DNA of 63,454 bases, counting the filler, from Diploschistes diacapsis (Eukaryota): assembly GCA_023645945.1 (NCBI GenBank). It is 7 parts of 7 records of this genome, joined end to end, with 100 filler letters (N's around TTAATTAATTAA, not from the genome) between each part and the next. Parts side by side here need not be neighbours in the genome. Positions count along the whole stretch, not along the records: positions 18,189 to 27,176 come from JALAIB010001087.1; positions 27,277 to 36,251 come from JALAIB010001088.1; 5 more parts are not named here. One strand, written 5' to 3'. A program made the position numbers and the translations under genes. Under the pieces are notes generated by a model. That model had not been told where the DNA came from and ran no database searches. It was given only the letters and a program-made list of their open reading frames with translations. Every line of letters begins with the position of its first letter. The stretch's first letter is position 1. Shown in pieces: positions 22,583 through 32,540 of this stretch.

Positions 22583-25500
22583 TCACTCCTCAATCGGCAT
22601 AGGTGAGTACGCCGTCAAATCATCCCCATAGTCACCTAATACATTACCGTTGCCGCTGTTATCGCCGTTACCGTTTGCCTTTTTCTTTCCATTTCCCTTG
22701 CCATCCTGCCTAATCCTCTCCCTATCCTCAATCGTTTCCTTCTCGACCTGCACCCACTTCTTCCTCCTCTCCTCCACTTCCGCCCTCCGCACTAGCGTTT
22801 TCAAGCCCTCGCTCGCCTTGATCAGCCCGTCGATGCTGATGGCATGATTCGTGATCTCGCCCCCAAGATACGTATAGACTTCCCCAGGCGTCTCGCACGC
22901 GATGAGCTGCGTCTCATTCAACTTGAGCAATGCGAGTGCGACCTGGAAGAGGAAAGTAGATCCCCCATTGCCCTCTTCATCTTTGCAGCAGATGAGCACA
23001 TCCCAGACGCGGTAGAGCGCTTCGGCCGAGAGGCAATCCGTGAACAAGGACAGGAACCATTGGAAGGTAAGAGCCTCGAGCTCGATGGCGAGTTCCTCAA
23101 GATGTGCCGAAAGGCGAGGGAGGAGCTCGGCCACGTACTGTCGCAGGACCTGCTGGTCGGCGCGGCTGGTCAGGAGCGAATTATCGTAATAGTGGCGCGG
23201 TAGCATGTTTTCGACCATCGACACGAGCACCCAAAAAGCATCCTCGGCCGTCGGCATAATGAGAAGAAGCGAGGCCGTAATCAGGTTCATGCCTTGGCAG
23301 TAGCCAATCTCGGGGTTCCGACGGGAGTAAGCCAGAAGAACTTCGTTGAGCTTCGCAACCCCGGGGCCGCGCCGAAAGAAGACGTTGTCGGTGAGCGTCC
23401 GGTTGATGTCCATCTGGATTTGGGCAAGGATGATGGGATCGTCTTCGCCGCTGTTGACAAGGTCGGTGTAGTAGCCGGGCACACGCAGAGCGGAAGCGCC
23501 GCTGCACTCGGCCCAGACTTTCGCTCGTAACGTAACGGGTATGCCAGCCAACACAAGCATTTTGAATTCTTTGTACTTGGCTCGGCCAATCTTGCCTTTG
23601 TTGCCAAAAGTAGCTACCCCAATGGTCTCGCCATCTGCGAGACTTTCCTCGGGCATGGCAGTGATCCTCGTCCGCGACTCGGCCGATCCGCTTTCGTTAG
23701 CTCTTCGCCGCTCTACTCGGACCTTGCGCATAAACTCGTTCCATTTGATCATCTTATCGCGCTGTATATTATCGTGCAGCTCTGTCAGTTGCGAAAGAAG
23801 CGCCTTGACCGGCTCAAACTCCAATCTTGCCGGAGTCGTTGGCGTTTTGGGCGTGCTGACTATCGGACTGGCAATTTCAGCGTTGATTGCGGCAACGGCC
23901 GAAGTAGCAGGCAGCGGGTTCGGCGTAGATGCTGGCTGGTTCTCCTTGAAGCCTTCCATTGTCGGCATCCGCTTTAAAGACCTTTGAATTTCAGGATTGG
24001 ATATTGTCATAATGGTACTGGATGAAGGTGTATGTAATAGAAGCTCGGTGGGCGCCTTGGAGAACTTGAGGTAATCTTGCCATTTGACAGCCGGGTTCGC
24101 ATCCATTGACTCCGCGATCGATATGGGCGATTCTGGCGTATCAACACCCCGATCGTCAAAAATTTCAGGGTCCACCCTGTCAACGGGGCCGGCCAGCGTC
24201 TCTTTTGCTGGCTGGTCTCCGGAAGCGTTGACCCGCGCCAGCGCTTGTGCTTCCTTCTTTCTTCGTCGTTGATCGTAGATGAAGCCGAATCTATCGGTAA
24301 GGAGATCGGAAGCGTCGTCAATATTGTGATACGAAGGAGTGAGGGTTGGGGGTCGCAAGCCATGAGGCAAGATAGCGTCCATTTCTACCGGACCGAGATT
24401 GGTAGATGGTTCGGTCGGCATCGGACTAGAGATGGGGACGTTATGTACCGAGGACGTAGAGCCCTTGCTGGTACCGCTAGGCCCAAAAGAGAGCGGTGTG
24501 ATAGATCTTCTACCCTTCCCATCTAGTTTTGCCAGACTTGCCCTGGCCGAGGCGGTAGTGGTTCGTGAGGCCTGGGAAGTAGCTCGTGAATCTTTCGGTC
24601 CAGAGGAAGCAAGGGTGCTGGAACGGCCTCTGACGGTGCCCTGTTCTATTGAATCCTTCCTAGCCTGGGAAGTGCCGCCAAAGATCTTCAGAGCCCAAGA
24701 ATTTATGGACGCCGCTCGTTGCTGGTTGTTAGCGTGACCGAAGCTGTCGATACTGCCAGTGTCGTCCTCAGTAATACTCGGAGGTTGGAAGAAAGACTGG
24801 TCCAAGCCCTTTCGGCGCATGTTGTTCGGTAGTGCACCGTCTCTTCGAGCTATAACACGTTCGTCGTTGCTCTCCATACTGTCTGTTCGGCTCGTCTTGC
24901 GTGTGCCTGTACCGCTCCAGATGTAGTCTTTCCAGCCACGAGTTGTACCCTTCGATGTTGAAGTGTCTTGGCTGTGTATTGAGCCGGTATCTGGATCACG
25001 CATTGCCTTTGCTTTAATCGTAGCTTGTCTGTCATCTTCCCCTCTATTTCTTGAAGCCGCTCCCAATTCGTCGTTGGAGACCATAGTATCTTCAATCGCC
25101 TCCTCCACCATCGCCCCCACTGCTAGTCCCGTGCTTGGTTCTTTGATCTTCTTCCAGGTCTTGTCGGCGCCCCGATCCACCAGACCCTTGCTCGGCCTAC
25201 CTGTTCCCGTATCTTGGTCCAGATGATGCAGCCTAGCTTCGATGTCCATGTTTGACACTTCGACCTCCCGCAGCATCTTCTTGAGTTCTCTTTCACGTAG
25301 CTCGGATCGGTGCCTAAGGGCACTCATTTCGGCCTCCCTATTCGCCAGATCCTCCGCAAGTTGTCGAACCAGCGCAACGGCTCCATTACGAGCTACTAGA
25401 CGCTCGATGTGAGCGTCACTCGAATAGTGGATTGATCCTGGGATTTCTTGGACTGCACTCGTCGGTGAATCTTCGAAGAGTGAGCCTCGGCCACGAGCCG

Positions 25501-25813
25501 AAGGCGATTTGGTGGTCAGTGCAGCCACCATGGACCTCTTTTGCTTGAGCGGCTTCTTCGATCCCTGGTTTGCGTCCACCTCCGATAGAGTCGTGCGTAG
25601 CCTGCCATCGTATGTGTTTTTGGGTGATTTTTCCGGTGAGAGAGAAGGGAAAGAGGTCAAAGACTTGTCTTCTATCTTCGCTGTGGCTTCCTTGAGCGTT
25701 GGGGACTGCTTGCGGCGTTTCTGTCTAACGGTACGGTGTCTCTGTTTCTGTGACGATGCTGTGGAGGTGGAGGTATCGGAAGGGGTGCGCTGCAACGGAC
25801 CTCCGCTCTCCAT
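22583..25813 (-). CDS. TBC-domain Rab GTPase-activating protein (1076 aa)
   Basis: LVLAGIPVTLRAKVWAECSGA, QIQMDINRT (R finger), LNEVLLAYSRRNPEIGYCQGMNLI (Q finger), EDAFWVL, QWFLSLF, YRVWDVL. Also an N-terminal coiled coil and a TDRFGFIY motif. Confidence 0.93.
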   Translation of the reverse strand: MESGGPLQRTPSDTSTSTASSQKQRHRTVRQKRRKQSPTLKEATAKIEDKSLTSFPSLSPEKSPKNTYDGRLRTTLSEVDANQGSKKPLKQKRSMVAALTTKSPSARGRGSLFEDSPTSAVQEIPGSIHYSSDAHIERLVARNGAVALVRQLAEDLANREAEMSALRHRSELRERELKKMLREVEVSNMDIEARLHHLDQDTGTGRPSKGLVDRGADKTWKKIKEPSTGLAVGAMVEEAIEDTMVSNDELGAASRNRGEDDRQATIKAKAMRDPDTGSIHSQDTSTSKGTTRGWKDYIWSGTGTRKTSRTDSMESNDERVIARRDGALPNNMRRKGLDQSFFQPPSITEDDTGSIDSFGHANNQQRAASINSWALKIFGGTSQARKDSIEQGTVRGRSSTLASSGPKDSRATSQASRTTTASARASLAKLDGKGRRSITPLSFGPSGTSKGSTSSVHNVPISSPMPTEPSTNLGPVEMDAILPHGLRPPTLTPSYHNIDDASDLLTDRFGFIYDQRRRKKEAQALARVNASGDQPAKETLAGPVDRVDPEIFDDRGVDTPESPISIAESMDANPAVKWQDYLKFSKAPTELLLHTPSSSTIMTISNPEIQRSLKRMPTMEGFKENQPASTPNPLPATSAVAAINAEIASPIVSTPKTPTTPARLEFEPVKALLSQLTELHDNIQRDKMIKWNEFMRKVRVERRRANESGSAESRTRITAMPEESLADGETIGVATFGNKGKIGRAKYKEFKMLVLAGIPVTLRAKVWAECSGASALRVPGYYTDLVNSGEDDPIILAQIQMDINRTLTDNVFFRRGPGVAKLNEVLLAYSRRNPEIGYCQGMNLITASLLLIMPTAEDAFWVLVSMVENMLPRHYYDNSLLTSRADQQVLRQYVAELLPRLSAHLEELAIELEALTFQWFLSLFTDCLSAEALYRVWDVLICCKDEEGNGGSTFLFQVALALLKLNETQLIACETPGEVYTYLGGEITNHAISIDGLIKASEGLKTLVRRAEVEERRKKWVQVEKETIEDRERIRQDGKGNGKKKANGNGDNSGNGNVLGDYGDDLTAYSPMPIEE

Positions 25814-26301
25814 GTTATCTCTGAGGTTGCTTTACATTATGACTCCCAAGAACAGGATTCACGAAGTGGGGTGAGAAATTTGGTTTAAGAAGGATTGCGG
25901 GCTTAGCCCATGCAACACAAATAAGAACTTCGTCATCCTCGTTGTTAAACAACGAAAGAACGCGTCGTAGAGGATCGAGAACCAATCAGATTATATACTA
26001 CCATATATCCCTTGTGTGACATAAACAAATCACAATGTCAATCCGAGGTTCTTCCTATCAGGGTTTCAAGGTGATTGTCCTGTTATCTCAACAAGGAACA
26101 GAGCTGGAAAACTGACCGTAATTTGGTTATGTTCGTGTGCTGGCTGGGCCCGAACGGCCGATCTAGCAAGCTAAATCTTCTGCGAAGTATTGTGGGGGTT
26201 TTGAAAAGGACATGACGCTGTTAAAAGCAATTGGATGTATCCCTTAATCACTATCCTCCGTGACTGTAAGGTCTATACAGCCTAAGAATCCAGTTCAGGG
26301 T

Positions 26302-27176
26302 TCATATATCCCGCTCAGAGTCCGAGAATGCTTCAGACATGTATCTGGAAATGATTGCTCCCAGTATCACAAAGACAGCACCCAGAACGCCCACACCGAG
26401 TAACAGATCCTGTAGCTCGAAAGTCTGACGAGTCCTCGGAAGATTCACCATCTCGTCAATCTCCTCGTCCAGCCGCCTGCCCATCTCTTCCTTCGAGAAC
26501 CGCGCCCGGACCCTCTCCCTGCCCGCTGCCCCCATAGCCTTCAACTCCGCATCCGGCATTTGCCGTAGCACCCTGTCCATGACCTCCGTCCAAGCCTCTA
26601 GGTCCTTGACGTCTCTCAGCCACCCCGTCTCGCCTTCCACCACCGTCTCCAGCGGACCCCCAGTATTCGCCGCCAGGACCGGGACGCCAGCGAGCATGGC
26701 CTCCAGCGGCACGATGCCAAAATGCTCGTTCGAAGGCGTGTAAACCAGCAACCTGGCATTGCGCAACAGCATGTCCTTCAGCGGCGCCGGCACCGAGAGC
26801 AGGAACAGCACCTCGATCTCCCTCGGCACGTCCAGCGCCGAAATGACGTTCTTCGCCGTCGCCGACCGGAGCCCCAGCTTCTCCGCCAGCTCCACGAGCT
26901 CTTGATGATAGCTCGCGTTCTCCGACACCCGAGCATCGTATCCCCCCGCAACCACCAGCTTCGCCCCTTCCCTGGCCTCCTTCGCCAGCCCCGCGAACGC
27001 CCGCATCGCCAGCCCGACATCTTTCTTCCGCTCAAACCGATTAATGCTCAGCACCACCTTCTGGCCTCCCCACGGCGGCCGTTCCCTTTCCCCCTCTTCC
27101 TGCACCGCTCCAGCCTCCTCTCCCCGAGCTTCCTCGCCCGTATCGACACAAGGATACACTACCCCGATCCCTCTCT
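26302..27176 (-). CDS. ALG2: Alpha-1,3/1,6-mannosyltransferase ALG2 (GT4), C-terminal part; 5' end lost at the contig end
   Basis: YPCVDT, LSINRFERKKDVGLA, AGGYDARVSENASYHQEL, LLVYTPSNEHFGIVPLEAMLAGVPVLAANTGGPLETVV, plus a C-terminal hydrophobic helix. Confidence 0.93.
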
Positions 27177-27276
27177 NNNNNNNNNNNNNNNNNNNNNNNN
27201 NNNNNNNNNNNNNNNNNNNNTTAATTAATTAANNNNNNNNNNNNNNNNNNNNNNNNNNNNNNNNNNNNNNNNNNNN
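27177..27276. other. Artificial contig linker
   Basis: N44-TTAATTAATTAA-N44. Confidence 0.98.
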
Positions 27277-27571
27277 AAGTAATGGAGTTAGTTGTCTGTG
27301 GTGGTGAGGTTGACGTTGGTGATTTTTGGAAGCAGTACCCAACACTCACTCTGCCCGTGACAGCCTTGGCAAATATTCCATCGTTTTTATTGTTTGCCCG
27401 CTCTGCGACCGCTGGTCATCAGGGTTTTCGTAAGCCATTCGGAGGAGACAAGCAGTATAGTAGTAGCTCCACTTTATAGTCTCACAGACCGAAATCTTCG
27501 CTATTGCCCCAAAACAAGGGGAGTGAAGCCTTGGTTGCCTCTTCATATGAACCAAGTGAAGCTAGCGTCTA

Positions 27572-28763
27572 CTATCGTCTCAAGGTCTGCGTCACAGCCC
27601 TTGCGTCCCACACAAGCACCCTTTCGTCCCACCCACAGCTTGCACACCATCCCTCGGCGCCGAAGAGACACCAATCGACACCAACGACGAACTCCGTGTG
27701 CCGATCCATGCTGCCCAGCTGCTTTCCGCCTCCGTACGCCATGCCTGTCGCGCCCGCGCTGCCCGTTCCGTGCCCCGTGGCGCTCCCGTCGCTCCATACC
27801 CGGCACGACATGTCGTAGCTCGCGCTCAGCAGCACGTCGGGCAGGTGCGGACTCCAGGCCAGCTTGCGGATCGCATACTCGTGCCCGGGCAGAATCGCGA
27901 CGGGGCCGCTCTGCGGCGCGCGCATGTCGAAGGTGCGTATGGTTCTGTCCACGCCCGCGGCCGCGACTATGCCCTCTCTGTACTTGTTCCAGTCGTGCGT
28001 GAGCGCCTCGGCGGGCGGCAGGGCAGCGGCTCGAGGCACGCCGACGTCCTGCATGGGACGCGGGTTCTGGTTCAGCGCGACGGAGAGCACCAGGTGGTTC
28101 GTTGCGGACGAAGGCGTTCTTAGGTCGAAGAGACGCAGCTGGCAGTCGGAAGAAACGGACGAGAGTATGGAGGGAGAATGTGGAGAAAAGGCTGCGCTGT
28201 AGGTGCAGGAGTGGGTCGGGAGGGTGACGAGGGATTCGGGACGATGGGGAGACCACTGAAGCAGAGAGAATGAATTAGCTAGAGAAGGCTTCCATGAAAA
28301 AGTATGATGGGTTGCTTCACAATCTTGACACAGCCGTCCCACGAGCTGGAGCAGAAGGTGTCTTTGGCGACGAGGTTCCAATGCACGGCGAAGACTTCGC
28401 GTTTGTGCTCGTGCCACGACTGTACGGGGAATTGGTCAACGCCGATATCGAAGAGCTTGATGGAGCCATCGCCCGTCGCCGCTACCAGCTGGTTCTCGTG
28501 GATCTCCGACCAGGAAAGATCGTAGAGAGCATCTTGCGTATCGAACCTGCATTCGATCATGACCACCAGCTCGTCCCCTCAGCGGCGGTTTGAGCTCACC
28601 ATTTCTCGGCGACTATACCCTTGGGTGTTAGGCCCAGTATATGCAGTCGGCCATTGCCAACCAAACCGAAGTTTGCGGCGGAAGCGACCGCCAAGCGGGA
28701 ATCGAAGAAAGGCGAGTATTTCACTGCATGCCCTGCAAACCCTTGGGTTCTGAACTCCAGCAT
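27572..28763 (-). CDS. PEX7: Peroxisomal PTS2 receptor (WD40), 3 exons
   Basis: MLEFRTQGFAGHAVKYSPFFDSRLAVASAANFGLVGNGRLHIL; FDTQDALYDLSWSEIHENQ; EHKREVFAVHWNLVAKDTFCSSSWDG; EALTHDWNKYR; GHEYAIRKLAWSPH; HTEFVVGVDWCLFGAEGWCASCGWDE. Confidence 0.95.
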
Positions 28764-29005
28764 GTCGTAGAGTACATGCTCGAGTTTAAGGAGGAAAAGC
28801 GAATCAAGCTTTTGAGAAACGTCATATGGGGGTAGGGTTGATCGATAAGGGGGATTAGATTAGATAAGATCTTCAAAACAAAGTGAACTTGCAATCCAAT
28901 ATTGTTCAACTATTCATTTTAGTTACCCTTCTACCCAGTGGTAGCTTCAGTACACAGACTACAGACTATGTCTTTCTGGCTACTCCATGAAACTGCTGCA
29001 AAGAG

Positions 29006-30452
29006 ATGGAGAGCTTCGTCGCGCGTAAAAAGCGTAAATTGCAAGATAGAGCAGGGATTGTGGTGACAACCCCGGTAATGGAAGAAAATGATACCGATGT
29101 GAAGCTCGCCACATTGGCCTCCATCTACGATGGGATAGACCCATCCATTCTTCTTGAAGCCCTTATCGCGGCGAATGGGTCGGTAGAAGACGCCGTCAAT
29201 GCGCTGAGTATCTATAGAGAAGAACCGCGGCACAAATGTGCGCCTGCCAAAGCCGTGGGCTACCAAAGCTCCTTGGACTCGTTCAGGTTGTCTGACAGGG
29301 TTGCCGGTAAAGCTACAAAACCTCTTACGAGAAAGGGCCAGACTGTGCATCTGTACACCCCGGACGATGTTGCTGCTCATACGCCGTGCTCAATAATCCA
29401 TAATTTTCTGTCCACCGAGGAAGCCAACAACCTTTTGAAAGAGCTTCTGGCGGAAGCACCAACCTTTGAGCGACAGTCGTTCAAAGTCTTTGATAATGTC
29501 GTGCAAAGTCCGCACTCGGCTTGCTTCTATGTAGATAGTATAGAAGAGAAACGGAAACAGCTAACTGAATACCTCTACAACGGAAGTCATCTCACGGTGC
29601 GCTTTGCTTCGCGAGTTGTGCGTTGCTCCAAGCTTACTTTTGCAGGACGTCCGGGAGATACTACCAGTCATGCGCGCAGTCTCGAGCCGAGTCAAGGAAG
29701 CCGTCAATCGCTCAATCGATGGCAGGATCAAGACCCATTACCCTCAAGCTAGGAAGCTAAAGTTCCAATCTCCTGAAGAGTGGAAGCCCAACGCCGCATT
29801 CGTGAATTGCTACGCTGGTGGAGCCGAAAGCGTCGGCTATCACTCGGATCAGCTCACTTATCTTGGTCCGCGTGCAGTCATCGGGAGTATCAGCTTAGGG
29901 GTTTCCAGAGAGTTTCGCGTTCGCAAAGCTGTCGCCAAGGATGATGCCGACGACATACCTCGTGCGGACGCTGAAGGACAGATTGCCATTCATCTGCCTC
30001 ACAATTCCCTCTTGGTGATGCATGCGGAGATGCAAGAAGAATGGAAGCACTCGATAGCACCCGCGCTTGCGATTGATCCACACCCCATCGCGGGAAACAA
30101 ACGCATCAATATCACCTACCGCTATTATAGAGAGCCGTTTCACCCAAAGTATGGCCCACGGAAACGAGATGTGTCCACTGGCGGAACTGACCTGCGTTAG
30201 GTACACTCCCAAATGCAAGTGCAATGTGGCCACGGTGCTCCGATGCGTGCAGAGGAAGAAGGAGAACCGAGGCAGATATTGTTGGATGTGCCACGCTGGA
30301 TTGACACCGGGCAAGGATGGGTGAGGAGTCCTTGGAATCTGTACTCGACAACAACCGCTAACGATTCCAGGTGCTCATTCTTCCAATGGGCGGAATTCGA
30401 CGACGACGGCGACCCGCCTTGGGCTCAAAAAGCAAAGGAAGGAGAAGTTTGA
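29006..30452 (+). CDS. CUE-like + AlkB-type 2OG-Fe(II) dioxygenase + C-terminal GRF zinc finger protein, 4 exons
   Basis: TDVKLATLASIY...LLEALIAANGSVEDA (CUE-like); NAAFVNCYAGGAESVGYHSDQLTYLGPRAVIGSISLGV (HxD); HLPHNSLLVMHAEMQEEWKHSI; RINITYRYYR; TPKCKC...ENRGRYCWMCHAG...CSFFQWAEFDDDG (GRF). Introns at ~29597-29646, ~30149-30200 and ~30321-30370. Confidence 0.88.
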
Positions 30453-30554
30453 GCAGACAATCTTCTCGTTTCAGTCCCTCGCGATGGACTAGCTGGCGTC
30501 AAAATAGTTTCGATGGGGGCTCTCGAAAGCGCCCACGGAAGCTGCATATGCGGA

Positions 30555-31805
30555 TCAATTCCACCAGAAGCTTACGTTGAAACTCACGGTCAGCGCCCTA
30601 ACGTAATGCCACCAGCCGACAGGTATGTAGAGGCAATCGCCTTCTTGGAGGATCGTGTCCACGTATGGGGCATGGTTAAACAACGGAAACTCATCGCTCC
30701 CAACCTCCAGACCCATTTCAACCATCTCGACGGGGACCTGGCTCGTGTTGCTCATGTCGATGCCCCCGTCCTCTATACCTCTCGGATATAGACGGTCAGT
30801 CTCGCCCGGGGCGTACAGTCGGACGTACTTTTTGCCAACCACTTGGCACAGGATATTGTGGTACGGGTCCGTGTGCAGAGGGGAGATGGTTCCAGCTGGG
30901 CCGAACCAGGCATTGAGCAGCGGCTCTTCGAGCTTCTCGACGTCCTTATAGTGGAGCGGAGTGCCCTTCTCGGGACCCGGGGGTGTCGTGTAGCAGAAGT
31001 CGGGAATGGCGATATCGCTGCGTAGGGAAGGGATCTGGGAAAACAGGTTATGCTGTGCCAGATAGGCAATCTCATCTCCTTCCGGGTTGAGCATATATCG
31101 ATCCATGAAGTCTCGAAATGAAAGGATTGTTTGCCCCCACCCTTCGTCGGTGTAGCTCCTCCCGAGCTCCACGGGCACCAAACGGCTCCCCCCTAATGTC
31201 CTCCGTAGCAAGTATGATGGACTACTCCAGGGTCGCTCCTCGAAGGCCGGCCAATGCAGTAGTGCACCCTCCACAACACGAGGTCTGCGAGCTTCCAGGA
31301 GCTTCTCGAACTGGGACAAGGACATCTCGGACCTCTGGATCGGAAAGTCGATGGCCGGGGCTCGATAGTGGGTGGTGTCGAAAGCATCCACCACCCTGCG
31401 TCGTTTGCTCGGAGGTGGCTCGTTTTCAACAAGCCCCTCGAGCTGCGCGAAAATGCCCTCGGCCATTTCCTCGCGCAACGGGGCTCCCGTCATGATCAGC
31501 ACCATGTCCAATTGTCCAACGACCCGGTCGATCCAGGAAAGTGGTTGGTCCCTGCCGCCCTCCTCTTGCAAGCACGTCAATATCGATTTCAAGGCCCTCG
31601 TGATCCCTGCATCCGTGTAGAGCCTTCGCCAGCAGCTATCGACGTCTTTGAATGGAAAGACGTGCAGCTCCCTGTCCGCTAGCTCGAGTTGTGCTTGGGT
31701 GTCGGCCGCAATCCTTGCACGAACGTCCGCGCCGCACTTGGCGAGAGGATCGCCCTCGATGGCGACTTCGAGCTGTGCCAGAGACTTCCTGCAGAAGGCA
31801 TCCAT
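30555..31805 (-). CDS. JmjC-domain hydroxylase/demethylase, JMJD5/KDM8-like (cupin-8)
   Basis: LHVFPFKDVDSCWRRLYTDA, LDMVLIMTGAP, RLVPVELGRSYTDEGWGQ, YLAQHNLFSQIPSLRSDIAIPDFC, NAWFGPAGTISPLHTDPYHNILCQVVGKKYVRLY, GDCLYIPVGWWHYVRALTVSFNVSFWWN. Confidence 0.9.
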   Translation of the reverse strand: MDAFCRKSLAQLEVAIEGDPLAKCGADVRARIAADTQAQLELADRELHVFPFKDVDSCWRRLYTDAGITRALKSILTCLQEEGGRDQPLSWIDRVVGQLDMVLIMTGAPLREEMAEGIFAQLEGLVENEPPPSKRRRVVDAFDTTHYRAPAIDFPIQRSEMSLSQFEKLLEARRPRVVEGALLHWPAFEERPWSSPSYLLRRTLGGSRLVPVELGRSYTDEGWGQTILSFRDFMDRYMLNPEGDEIAYLAQHNLFSQIPSLRSDIAIPDFCYTTPPGPEKGTPLHYKDVEKLEEPLLNAWFGPAGTISPLHTDPYHNILCQVVGKKYVRLYAPGETDRLYPRGIEDGGIDMSNTSQVPVEMVEMGLEVGSDEFPLFNHAPYVDTILQEGDCLYIPVGWWHYVRALTVSFNVSFWWN

Positions 31806-32540
31806 AAGCCTGAAGGCAAGAAGCCCGTGTTCAACGAACTGTTTGCTGAACAGGCAAGTCTTCCCTTATTGCTTTTTTCCCCCCCTGCTGAGCCCTCTTT
31901 TTGAGGCGGCGAAACAAAAAAGGTTAACTATGTATGTGTCAGGTAAGCCCATATTTTCCCCGCTTGGGTCGCCCACCGTGGTTCGGTCATGTCATGGTGC
32001 TCATTACTCTTCGCACATGACCCATGACTATCCAATATCGCGCACAACCTACCTCTTCCAGAAGAAGGGTGTTTCAAGGCTCCGAAGCTTGGGGGGAGGG
32101 GGTTGCATGGAGTGGCCCCGAGGAGTGGAGACAGCCTTGCTCGGCGTCGTGCAAAGGGGAAAGGAAGGCTGGGGATGAATTGCCTGACTTCTGGATTGTT
32201 TTATGTGTTTGATATAGAGACAACATGTAACAACATGCAGCCAGTGACAACAGACCACAGACCAATCAGCGATGATGCGGCTCTGCGCCCAAGTTACACA
32301 GCTCGGTTTGCCTGTTCGCCCCGAAACTCTGATGGCGCCCCTCCCCCCACTTCCTTCTTTCTCCACAGCCTATACTCCACAGCCCATCCTTCGTTCGCGA
32401 GAGAGATAGATATGTGCTCGGAATCCCCAAAGCGTGTTTCGGGCCATGAGCTTCTCATGGTCAAGCTGAATAATAAAGAATTCAGTTATGGTGGGTATGG
32501 TGGGTATGGATGTATATATACGTTATTCGTTATTCATCAT

